Assembly: GCF_963921235.1 (NCBI RefSeq)
Contig: NC_086108.1
Location: 1,984,001 to 2,048,000 of the forward strand
Direction of reading: 5' to 3'
Source: Mobula hypostoma
Lineage: Eukaryota
DNA: 64,000 nt
The notes below the pieces were generated by a model. The model was given only the letters and a program-made list of their open reading frames with translations. It was not told the origin of the DNA and did not search any database. This document shows positions 21,845 through 32,700 of the stretch, piece after piece. Every line of letters begins with the position of its first letter. Positions within the stretch are counted from its first letter, which is position 1. The position numbers and the translations under genes are program-made.

Positions 21845-22363
21845 TGTCAGCACCTCCAGTTGAATTCTGTCTTTTTGTGTGTTTTCCCTCTAGCCGTCAG
21901 TTTGTGGTTTTGTATTGCCACATGCTCTTGTTTGTCTTCATGCCCCATGTGCTCCTGTCCCCACTCCTGCTCTACTCCGGCCCCTGTATTACTGAGTACC
22001 CCGCCTCTCACCTGTTTCTCATTATTACCTGTTTTCCTGCCACTTCTGTCTCATTGTGCTCCACCTATCATCTGCCTCTCTGTTTATCGCTCAGTGTATT
22101 TCAGTCCTGTGTTTTCACCTGTTTCTTGCCAGATTGTGCCAGGGAATTTTCCTGACTCTTTCCAGTGTTTGTATCTGTATTATGTCTGTCTGAATAATGA
22201 TTCTGCCTGTTTCTCTGATTCTGTTTTTTGGATTTCTCTGGATGTTTTGATCTCTGCCTGAACTTTGATGCTGACTTTGCACCTTGGGATTTGTAACTCA
22301 ATTAATATCACTGTGTGCACAGTATTGGGTCCGCAATTGGTTCCCTGCTCCAGTGTCCTGACA
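21845..22363. mobile_element. Solo LTR (519 bp)
   Basis: Termini TGTCAG...CTGACA form an inverted repeat; 5-bp flanks AAACT/AAAGT differ at one base; pyrimidine-rich interior; cleanly interrupts the host LINE. Confidence 0.75.
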
Positions 22364-22442
22364 AAAGTAGTGAGGTAGTATTCATGGGTTCAATGTCCAT
22401 TTAGAAATTAGTTGGCAAAAGGGAAGAAGCTGTTCCTGAATT

Positions 22443-22897
22443 TATAAGGATGTTGCCTGCATTGGAGGGTGTACCTTATGAGAATAGGTTGAGTGAACTT
22501 GGCCTTTTCTTCTTAGAGTGGCGGAGGATGAAAGGGGACCTGACAGAGGTGTGTAAGATGATGAGATATATTGATCGTGTGGAGAGCCAGAGGCTTCTTC
22601 CCAGGGCTGAAATGGCTAACACGAGGGGGCGTAGTTTTAAGGTACTTGGAAATGGGTACCGAGGAGATGTTAGGGGTAAGTTTTTCACACAGAGTGGTAG
22701 GTGCTTGGAATACACTGCCGGAAGTGGTGGTGGAGGCGGATACAATAGGGTCTTTTATGAGACTCCTGGGTAGGTACATGGAGCTGAGAAAAACAGAGGG
22801 TTGTGCACTAGGGAAATTCTAGGCAGTTTCTAGAATAGGTCGCATGGTCAGCACAACATTGTGGACCGAAGGGCCTGTGATGTGCTGTAGATTTCTA
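22443..22897 (+). mobile_element. CR1 3' fragment with a 12-bp target-site duplication
   Basis: YENRLSELGLFFLEWRRMKGDL; TGTTCCTGAATT occurs at 22431-22442 and 22898-22909. Confidence 0.85.
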
Positions 22898-23634
22898 TGT
22901 TCCTGAATTGCTGAGTGTGTGCCTTCAGCCTTCTGTACCTCCTTCCTGATGGTAACAAAGAGAAGAGGGCATGTCCTGGGTGGTAGGGGTCCATAATGAT
23001 GGACAATGCCTTTGAGTTTTCGCTCCTTGAAGATGTCTCAGATATTACAGAGACCAGTGCCCATGATGGAGCTGACTAATTTTACAAATTTCTGCAACTT
23101 CTGTCCTGTGCAGCAGCCACCCCCCCCCCCATACCAGATAGACATACCAAATCTCCTCAAAGTCCTAATGAAATATAACCACTGTCCAGCCCTCTTTATA
23201 GCTGCATCGATACATTGGGAACAGGTTGGATCCTCAAAGATCTTGACACCCAGGAACTTGAAACTGCTCTCTCTCTCTCTCCACTTCTGATCCCTCTGAG
23301 GACTGGTGTGTGTTTCCTCTGAAGTCCACATTCAGTTCTTTAGTCTCACTGATATTGAGTGCAAGGTCATTGCTGTGACACCACTCAACTAGCTGATATA
23401 TCTTGTTCCTGTATGCCCTCTCGTCACCATCTGAGATTCTACCAACAATGGTTGTATCATCAGCAGATTTGTAGATGGTATTTGAGCTATGCCTAGCCAC
23501 ACAGTCATGCGTAAATAGAGAGTAGAGCACTGGGCAAAGCACACTCCCCCTGAGGTGCGCCAGTGTTGATCACCAGTGAGGTAGAGATAGTATTTCCAAT
23601 CATTTCTCTTCCTCCCCTGCCCCCTTCCCCCCCC

Positions 23635-23935
23635 CCAATCAGGAAGAAGATCTAAAAAGCCTGAAAGCATGTACCACCAGGCTCAGGGACAGCTTCTGTC
23701 CCACTGTCAGACTCTCGAATAGACCTCTGGTATGACGAGATGGGCTCCCGACCCCTCAGTCTACCTCGTTATGAACTGCCCCTTGTCATTTACCTGCACT
23801 ATACTTTTTTCTGCATTGTTAATGTTTGACCTTGTTCTACCTCAATGCACTGAGTAATGATCGGATCAGTATGAACAGAATGCAGGGACAAGCTCTGTCA
23901 TGTATCTCGGTATGTGACAACAATAGACCAATCTG
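23635..23935 (+). mobile_element. Rex-type LINE 3' end
   Basis: SGRRSKSLKACTTRLRDSF-like C-terminus (one slip) followed by a UTR ending GTGACAACAATAGACCAAT. Confidence 0.5.
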
Positions 23936-24061
23936 AATACTGTGATGTTGGTGGGAAATTTCTGTCGCTGTGACCACAACACATTACTCTGCATTATTTA
24001 TTTATTTCCCTTGCCCAATCTACCTCAATGAACTAATGTGCTGAAGTTTTCATCTGAAGAT

Positions 24062-24640
24062 TCAAAGCACATTTACTACTAAAGTATGTATGCAATGTAC
24101 AACCCTGAGATTTGTCTTCTCACAGACAGCCACAAAACAAAGAAACCCATGTGCAAAGAAAACATCAACACCCCCCACATGCAAATAAAAACAAATCATG
24201 CTAACAGCAACAAAAAAAGAGCGAAAAACACAGAATATAAAATACAAAATCAAAAGAGTCCAGGTATACTCAGTTCAGCTCAGTGTTATCTGCAGGCTAC
24301 CCTGATTCAAAATCACCTAAAGTAACAACAGCAAAAAAGGGGTAACCAGAAACACATCATAACATGAACTGGAGTCCAATCCACAAAATGCATCAATTAA
24401 ACCTCGCTCAAAACCCAAGGCTCTGGCGCCATCCTCCAACTATCGCATGCAGCCACCTCCTCCAGAAGCGGCAAGTGAAAGGCTGGATCTTCCTCAGTGA
24501 GAAATGGCGTCGATCGTGGGCTTGCAACCCATCTCAAGGCTTCTTGGCCTCGAGGCCATATGCCTCACGTAACACCTTTGGAGACAGCGAAGTGCCAGAT
24601 TGCTCAATTGGTCTGAAAACACACCACCAAAGTTCTTATT
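24062..24640. mobile_element. Unclassified interspersed repeat (paralog of 3855-4260)
   Basis: Direct similarity to 3855-4260 over about the first 350 bp. Confidence 0.5.
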
Positions 24641-24784
24641 TATTGATTGATTGATTGAGACAGAGTGTGGAACAGGCCCTACTGGACCTTCAAGCTGTGT
24701 TACCCAGCAACCCCCATTTAATGCAACATACATAAAAGTTGCTGGTGAACGCAGCAGGCCAGGCAGCATCTCTAGGAAGAATTA

Positions 24785-24821
24785 CAGTCAACGTTTCGGG
24801 CCGAGACCCTTCGTCAGGACT
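24785..24821 (-). ncRNA. Minimal type I hammerhead ribozyme motif in the inverted pseudo-LTR
   Basis: AGUC-CUGACGA-A-GGGU(CUCG)GCCC-GAAAC-GU-U-GACU: stem I, conserved core, stem II and palindromic ACGU stem III. Confidence 0.75.
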
Positions 24822-25787
24822 AACTCAAAGAGGAGCTAGTAAGAGATTTGAAAGTGGGAGATCCGAAATGATAGGAGAAGACAGGAGGGAGAGGGATGGA
24901 GCCAAGAGCTGGACATATAATTCTCTGTAACTTCCGCCACCTCCAATGGGATCCCACCACTAAGCACATCTTTCTCTCTCCGCCCTTTCTGCTTTCCGCA
25001 GGGATCAGTCCCTATGCGACTCCTTTGTCCATTCGTCCCCCCCCCATCCCTCCCTACCGATCTCCCTCCTGGTGCTTTTCCTTGTAAGCGGAACAAGTGC
25101 TACACATGCCCTTACACTTCCTCCCTTACCACCATTCAGGGCCCCAGACAGTCCTTCCAGATGAGGCGACACTTCACCAGTGAGTCGGCTGGGGTGATAT
25201 ACTGCGTCCGGTGCTCCTGATGTGGCCTTCTATATATTGGCAAGACCCAATGCAGACTGGGAGACCGCTTTGCTGAATACCTACGCTCTGTCCGCCAGAG
25301 AAAGCAGGATCTCCCAGTGGCCACACATTGTAATTCCACGTCCCATTCCCATTCTGATATGTCTATCCACAGCCTCCTCTACTGTAAAGATGAAGCCACA
25401 CTCAGGTTGGAGGAACAACACCTTATATTCCGTCTGGGTAGCCTCCAACCTGATGGCATGAACATTGACTTCTCAAACTTCCGCTAATGCCCCACCTCCC
25501 CCCCCTCGTACCCCATCCGTTATTTATTTATATACACACATTCTTTCTCTCTCTCTCCTTTTTCTCCCTCTATCCCTCTGACTATACCCCTTGCCCATCC
25601 TCTGGGCTTCCCCCCTCCCCCTTTTCTTTCTCCCTGGGCCTCCTGTCCCATGACCCTCTCATATCCCTTTAGCCAATCAACTGCCCAGCTCTTGGCTACA
25701 TCCCTCCCCCTCCTGTCTTCTCCTATCATTTTGGATCCTCCCCTCCCCCTCCCACTTTCAAATCTCTTACTAGCTCTTCTTTTAGTT

Positions 25788-25823
25788 AGTCCTGACGAAG
25801 GGTCTCGGCCCGAAACATCGACT
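25788..25823 (+). ncRNA. Minimal type I hammerhead ribozyme motif in the 3' pseudo-LTR
   Basis: AGUC-CUGACGA-A-GGGU(CUCG)GCCC-GAAAC-AU-C-GACU; stem III carries a CpG-type G>A change. Confidence 0.72.
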
Positions 25824-25929
25824 GTACCTCTTCCTAGAGATGCTGCCTGGCCTGCTGCGTTCATAGCAACTTTTATGTGTGTTTCTTGAAATTCCAGCAT
25901 CTGCAGATTTCCTCGTGTTTGCGTTTAAA

Positions 25930-26090
25930 AACCCCGATTTAATCCTAGCTTCATTATGGGACAATTTACACTGACCAATTAACCTACCAACTGATACGTC
26001 TTACACCATGGGAGGAAACTTTGGAGGACCTGGAGGAAACCCCTGCGATGACAGGGAGAACGTACAAACTCCTTACAGGCAGAGGGCAGG
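25930..26090 (-). mobile_element. V-SINE/HE1-like SINE
   Basis: GGGAGGAAAC...GGAGGAAACCC...GGGAGAACGTACAAACTCCTTACA. Confidence 0.6.
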
Positions 26091-26109
26091 AAATTATCCA
26101 TGGTTCACA

Positions 26110-26235
26110 ATCTATATGGAGAGTCTAGGACCAGAGGACACAGCCTCAGGATAAAGGGTCGCCCTTTTTGAAGTGAGATGAGAAGGAATTCATTCAGCCA
26201 AGGGAGGTGAATCTGTGCCACATAGTGAAGGCCAA
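26110..26235 (+). mobile_element. Short CR1 fragment
   Basis: GESRTRGHSLRIKGRPF*SEMRRNSFSQ. Confidence 0.6.
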
Positions 26236-26319
26236 ATATTTTTGTCTTCTTTTGCATATTGGTTGCTTGTCTGTCTTAATGTATGTTTTTTTTGTAGATT
26301 CTATTGTATTTCTTTATGG

Positions 26320-26713
26320 TTGGTTCTCTGATCTTGGCAATCCATTTGCAAAAGTTTCATCAGCATAAGAGGAGACACCACCAACGTGCTGCTGATTGTG
26401 GCATGTCCTCTGAATGCTTGGCTTTCATTTAATATTCAGCTGATTGGTCATTACGGAGGGACATAGGCACGTCAGTTGTGGCGGAGGGACAAACGGCAAA
26501 CTCTGGGTGTTGCAGCCTGGAATTTTGCCCGCACTGGTTCATAATAGGACTGAGCTCTATGTATCTGCTAACAGAACTGTTTGCAGAAAACCACACTTCT
26601 AGGAATTCCTTTGCATGCTGTGTGCTTACTCGCACCATGACTGTCATTGACACCCAGTTGACTTTGTGTCCCTCTTGATCTTCATGGGTAGAGACGAGGG
26701 AGAGTTGGTCATG
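26320..26713 (-). mobile_element. Second Penelope-like family remnant: endonuclease C-terminus plus pseudo-LTR
   Basis: The minus-strand frame from 26713 reads HDQLSLVSTHEDQEGHKVNWVSMTVMVRVSTQHAKEFLEVWFSANSSVSRYIELSPI, matching the recalled PLE pattern H-x(3-4)-GH-x-F-x-W...REFLEAW-x-S...SIN-x-x-I. Downstream are CCAAT, an AT-rich box and a decayed hammerhead-like segment. Confidence 0.72.
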
Positions 26714-29700
26714 GGTAGAGATGAGGGGAGTTGTTCATGGGTAGAGACGAGGGAGAGTTGGTCATGGGTAGAGATGAGGGCAGTTGGTCACGGGTAGAGA
26801 TGATGGAGAGTTGTTCATGGGTAGAGACAAGGGGAGTTGGTCACGGGTAGAGACGAGGGGAGTTGGTCATGGGTAGAGAAGAGGGGAGTTGGTCATGGGT
26901 AGAGACGAGGGGAGTTGGTTATGGGTAGACACGAGGGAGAGTTGGTCATGGGTAGAGACGAGGGGAGTTGTTCATGGGTAGAGACGAGGGAGAGTTGGTC
27001 ATGGGTAGAGACGAGGGGGAGTTGGTCATCGGTAGAGACAAGGGGAGTTGGTCGCGGGTAGAGACGAGGGGAGTTGGTCATGGGTAGGGATGACGGAGCG
27101 TTGGTCACGAGTAGGGACGACAGAGCGTTGTTCATGGGTAGCGACGAGGGGAGTTGGTCACGGGTAGAGACGAGGGGAGTTGGTCATGGGTAGGGATGAC
27201 GGAGCGTTGGTCACGAGTAGGGACGACGGAGCGTTGTTCATGGGTAGCGACGAGGGGAGTTGGTCACGGGAGAGACGAGGGGAGTAGGTCATGGGTAGAG
27301 ACGAGGGGAGTTGGTCACGGGTAGAGACGAGGGGGAGTTGGTCACGGGTAGAGACGAGGGGGAGTTGGTCACGAGTAGAGACGAGGGCAGTTGGTCACGG
27401 GTAGAGACGAGGGAGACTTGGTCACGGGTAGAGACGAGGGGAGTTGTTCACGGGTAGAGACGAGGGAGAGTTGGTCACGGGTAGAGAAGAGGGGAGATGC
27501 TCACGGGTAGAGACGAGGGGAGTTGGTCACGGGTAGAGACGAGGGGAGTTGGTCACGGGTAGAGATGAGGGGGAGTTGGTCACGGGCAGGGACGAGGGGA
27601 GTTGGTCACGGGTAGAGACGAGGGGAGTTGGTCACGGGTAGAGACGAGGGGAGTTGGTCACGGGTAGAGATGACGGAGCGTTGGTCACGGGTAGAGACGA
27701 GGGGAGTTGGTCACGGGTAGATATGACGGAGCGTTGGTCACGGGTAGAGACAAGGGGAGTGGGTCACGGGTAGAGACGAGTGAGAGTTGTTCATGGGCAG
27801 AGACGAGGGGAGTTGTTCACGGGTAGACATGAGGGAGAGTTCGTCACGGGCAGGGACGAGGGGAGTTGGTCACGGGTAGAGACGAGGGGAGTTGGTCATG
27901 GGTAGAGATGACGGAGCGTTGGTCACGGGTAGAGATGAGGGGAGTTGGTCACGGGTAGAGATGACGGAGCGTTGGTCACGGGTAGAGACAAGGGGAGTGG
28001 GTCACGGGTAGAGACGAGTGAGAGTTGTTCATGGGTAGAGACGAGAGGAGTTATTCATGGGTAGAGACGAGGGAGAGTTGGTCACGGGTAGAGACGAGGG
28101 GAGCTGTTCACGGGTAGAGACGAGGGGAGTTGGTCACGGGTAGAGACGAGGGAGAGTTGGTCACGGGTAGAGACGAGGGGAGTTGGTCACGGGTAGAGAC
28201 AAAGGAGAGTTGGTCACGGGTAGAGACGAGGGAGAGTTGGTCACGGGTAGAGACGAGGGGAGTTGGTCACGGGTAGAGACGAGGGAGAGTTGGTCACGGG
28301 TAGAGACGATGGAGAATTGGTCACGGGTAGAGACGAGGGGAGTTGGTCTAGCGTAGAGACGAGGAGAGTTGGTCACGGGTAGAGACGAAGGGAGTTGGTC
28401 ACGGGCAGAGACGAGGGGAGTTGGTAACGGGTAGAGACAAGGGGAGTTGGTCACGGGTAGAGACGAGGGGAGTTGCTCACGGGTAGAGATGACGGAGCGT
28501 TGGTCACGGGTAGAGACAAGGGGAGTGGGTCACGGGTAGAGACGAGTGAGAGTTGTTCACGGGTAGAGACGAGGGGAGTTGGTCACGGGTAGAGACGAGG
28601 GGAGTTGGTCACGGGTAGAGATGACGGAGCGTTGGTCACGGGTAGAGACGAGGGGAGTTGGTCACGGGTAGATATGACGGAGCGTTGGTCACGGGTAGAG
28701 ACAAGGGGAGTGGGTCACGGGTAGAGACGAGTGAGAGTTGTTCATGGGCAGAGACGAGGGGAGTTGTTCACGGGTAGACATGAGGGAGAGTTCGTCACGG
28801 GCAGGGACGAGGGGAGTTGGTCACGGGTAGAGACGAGGGGAGTTGGTCATGGGTAGAGATGACAGAGCGTTGGTCACGGGTAGAGATGAGGGGAGTTGGT
28901 CACGGGTAGAGATGACGGAGCGTTGGTCACGGGTAGAGACAAGGGGAGTGGGTCACGGGTAGAGACGAGTGAGAGTTGTTCATGGGTAGAGACGAGAGGA
29001 GTTATTCATGGGTAGAGACGAGGGAGAGTTGGTCACGGGTAGAGACGAGGGGAGCTGTTCACGGGTAGAGACGAGGGGAGTTGGTCACGGGTAGAGACGA
29101 GGGAGAGTTGGTCACGGGTAGAGACGAGGGGAGTTGGTCACGGGTAGAGACGAAGGAGAGTTGGTCACGGGTAGAGACGAGGGAGAGTTGGTCACGGGTA
29201 GAGACGAGGGGAGTTGGTCACGGGTAGAGACGAGGGAGAGTTGGTCACGGGTAGAGACGATGGAGAATTGGTCACGGGTAGAGACGAGGGGAGTTGGTCT
29301 AGCGTAGAGACGAGGAGAGTTGGTCACGGGTAGAGACGAAGGGAGTTGGTCACGGGCAGAGACGAGGGGAGTTGGTAACGGGTAGAGACGAGGGGAGTTG
29401 CTCACGGGTAGAGATGACGGAGCGTTGGTCACGGGTAGAGACAAGGGGAGTGGGTCACGGGTAGAGACGAGTGAGAGTTGTTCATGTGTAGAGACGAGGG
29501 GAGTTGTTCACGGGTAGAGACGAGGGAGAGTTGGTCACGGGCAGGGACGAGGGGAGTTGGTCACGGGTAGCGACGAGGGGAGTTGGTCACGGGTAGAGAC
29601 GAGGGGAGTTGCTCACGGGTAGAGATGACGGAGCGTTGGTCACGGGTAGAGACAAGGGGAGTGGGTCACGGGTAGAGACGAGTGAGAGTTGTTCATGGGT

Positions 29701-32700
29701 AGAGACGAGGGGAGTTGTTCACGGGTAGAGACGAGGGAGAGTTGGTCACGGGCAGGGACGAGGGGAGTTGGTCACGGGTAGAGACGAGGGGAATTGGTCA
29801 CGGGTAGAGACGAGGGGAGTTGGTCACGGGTAGAGATGACGGAGCGTTGGTCACGGGTAGAGACGAGGGGAGTTGGTCACGGGTAGAGATGACGGAGCGT
29901 TGGTCACGGGTAGAGACAAGGGGAGTGGGTCACGGGTAGAGACGAGTGAGAGTTGTTCATGGGTAGAGACGAGAGGAGTTGTTCATGGGTAGAGACGTGG
30001 GGAGCTGGTCACAGGTAGAGACGAGGGGAGTTGGTCACGGGTAGAGACGAGGGGAGTTGGTCACGGGTAGAGACGAAGGAGAGTTGGTCACGGGTAGAGA
30101 CGATGGAGAATTGGTCACGGGTAGAGACGAGGGGAGTTGGTCTAGCGTAGAGACAAGGAGAGTTGGTCACGGGTAGAGACGAAGGGAGTTGGTCACGGGC
30201 AGAGACGAGGGGAGTTGGTAACGGGTAGAGACAAGGGGAGTTGGTCACGGGTAGAGACGAGGGGAGTTGCTCACGGGTAGAGATGACGGAGCGTTGGTCA
30301 CGGGTAGAGACAAGGGGAGTGGGTCACGGGTAGAGACGAGTGAGAGTTGTTCACGGGTAGAGACGAGGGGAGTTGGTCACGGGTAGAGACGAGGGGAGTT
30401 GGTCACGGGTAGAGATGACGGAGCGTTGGTCACGGGTAGAGACGAGGGGAGTTGGTCACGGGTAGATATGACGGAGCGTTGGTCACGGGTAGAGACAAGG
30501 GGAGTGGGTCACGGGTAGAGACGAGTGAGAGTTGTTCATGGGCAGAGACGGTTCACGGGTAGACATGAGGGAGAGTTCGTCACGGGCAGGGACGAGGGGA
30601 GTTGGTCACGGGTAGAGACGAGGGGAGTTGGTCATGGGTAGAGATGACAGAGCGTTGGTCACGGGTAGAGATGAGGGGAGTTGGTCACGGGTAGAGATGA
30701 CGGAGCGTTGGTCACGGGTAGAGACAAGGGGAGTGGGTCACGGGTAGAGACGAGTGAGAGTTGTTCATGGGTAGAGACGAGAGGAGTTATTCATGGGTAG
30801 AGACGAGGGAGAGTTGGTCACGGGTAGAGACGAGGGGAGCTGTTCACGGGTAGAGACGAGGGGAGTTGGTCACGGGTAGAGACGAGGGAGAGTTGGTCAC
30901 GGGTAGAGACGAGGGGAGTTGGTCACGGGTAGAGACGAAGGAGAGTTGGTCACGGGTAGAGACGAGGGAGAGTTGGTCACGGGTAGAGACGAGGGGAGTT
31001 GGTCACGGGTAGAGACGAGGGAGAGTTGGTCACGGGTAGAGACGATGGAGAATTGGTCACGGGTAGAGACGAGGGGAGTTGGTCTAGCGTAGAGACGAGG
31101 AGAGTTGGTCACGGGTAGAGACGAAGGGAGTTGGTCACGGGCAGAGACGAGGGGAGTTGGTAACGGGTAGAGACGAGGGGAGTTGCTCACGGGTAGAGAT
31201 GACGGAGCGTTGGTCACGGGTAGAGACAAGGGGAGTGGGTCACGGGTAGAGACGAGTGAGAGTTGTTCATGTGTAGAGACGAGGGGAGTTGGTCACGGGT
31301 AGAGACGACGGAGAGTTGGTCACGGGCAGGGACGAGGGGAGTTGGTCACGGGTAGCGACGAGGGGAGTTGGTCACGGGTAGAGACGAGGGGACGTTGCTC
31401 ACGGGTAGAGATGACGGAGCGTTGGTCACGGGTAGAGACAAGGGGAGTGGGTCACGGGTAGAGACGAGTGAGAGTTGTTCATGGGTAGAGACGAGGGGAG
31501 TTGTTCACGGGTAGAGACGAGGGAGAGTTGGTCACGGGCAGGGACGAGGGGAGTTGGTCACGGGTAGAGACGAGGGGAGTTGGTCACGGGTAGAGATGAC
31601 GGAGCGTTGGTCACGGGTAGAGACGAGGGGAGTTGGTCACGGGTAGAGATGACGGAGCGTTGGTCACGGGTAGAGACAAGGGGAGTGGGTCACGGGTAGA
31701 GACGAGTGAGAGTTGTTCATGGGTAGAGACGAGAGGAGTTGTTCATGGGTAGAGACGTGGGGAGCTGGTCACAGGTAGAGACGAGGGGAGTTGGTCACGG
31801 GTAGAGACGAGGGAGAGTTGGTCACGGGTAGAGACGATGGAGAATTGGTCACGGGTAGGGACAGGGGAGTTGGTCACGGGTAGAGATGAGGAGAGTTGGT
31901 CACGGGTAGAGACGAAGGGAGTTGGTCAAGGGCAGAGACGAGGGGGAGTTGGTCACGAGCAGAGACGAGGGGAGTTGGTCACGGGTAGAGACGATGGGAG
32001 TTGGTCACGGGTAGAGACGAGGGAGAGTTGGTCATTGGTAGAGACGAGGGGAGTTGGTCACGGGTAGAGAGGAGGGGCGTTGGTCACGGGTAGAGACGAG
32101 GGGAGTTGGTCACGGGTAGAGATGAGGGGAGTTGGTCATGGGTAGAGACGAGCGGAGTTGGTCACGGGTAGAGACGAGGGAGAGTTGGTCATTGGTCGAG
32201 ACGAGGGGAGTTGGTCATGCGTAGAGACGAGGGGAGTTGGTCACGGGTAGAAACGAGGGAGAGTTGGTCACGGGTAGAGACGAGTGGAGTTGGTCACACG
32301 TGGAGACGAGGGGAGTTGGTCACGGGTAGAGACCGGGGGAGTTGGTCACGGGTAGAGACGGGGGGAGTTGGTCATGGGTAGAGATGACGGAGAGTTGGTC
32401 ATGGGTAGAGACGAGGGAGAGTTGTTCATGGGTAGAGACGAGGGAGAGTTTGTCATGGAGAGAGATGAGGGGAGATGGTCATGGGTAGAGATGAGGGAGA
32501 GTTGGTCATGGAGAGAGATGAGGGGAGATGGTCATGGGTAGAGACGAGGGAGAGTTGTTCACAGGTAGAGACGAGGGGGAGTTATTCACGGGTAGAGACG
32601 AGGGGAGCTGGTCATTGGTAGAGACGAGGGGAGTTGGTCACGGGTAGAGACGAGGGAGAGTTGGTCACGGGTACAGACGAGGGGAGTTGGTCACGGGTAG

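Larger units (their letters stand above)
21636..23580 (-). mobile_element. Rex1/Babar-type LINE 3' half, interrupted by a solo LTR and a CR1
   Basis: Same family as 4698-5700 (YSLFTHDCVARHSSNTIYKSADDTTIVGRIS; tail CAGAATCAGAATCAGG). Confidence 0.8.
24722..25926 (+). mobile_element. 5'-truncated Penelope-like element with an inverted pseudo-LTR
   Basis: GIY-YIG domain FPCKRNKCYTC...GVIYCVRCS*CGLLYIGKTQCRLGDRFAEYLRS...LEEQHLIFRLGSLQPDGMNIDFSNFR* (stop at 25485-25487; internal TGA at 25218-25220). 24722-24915 is the reverse complement of about 25685-25880. Confidence 0.9.
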
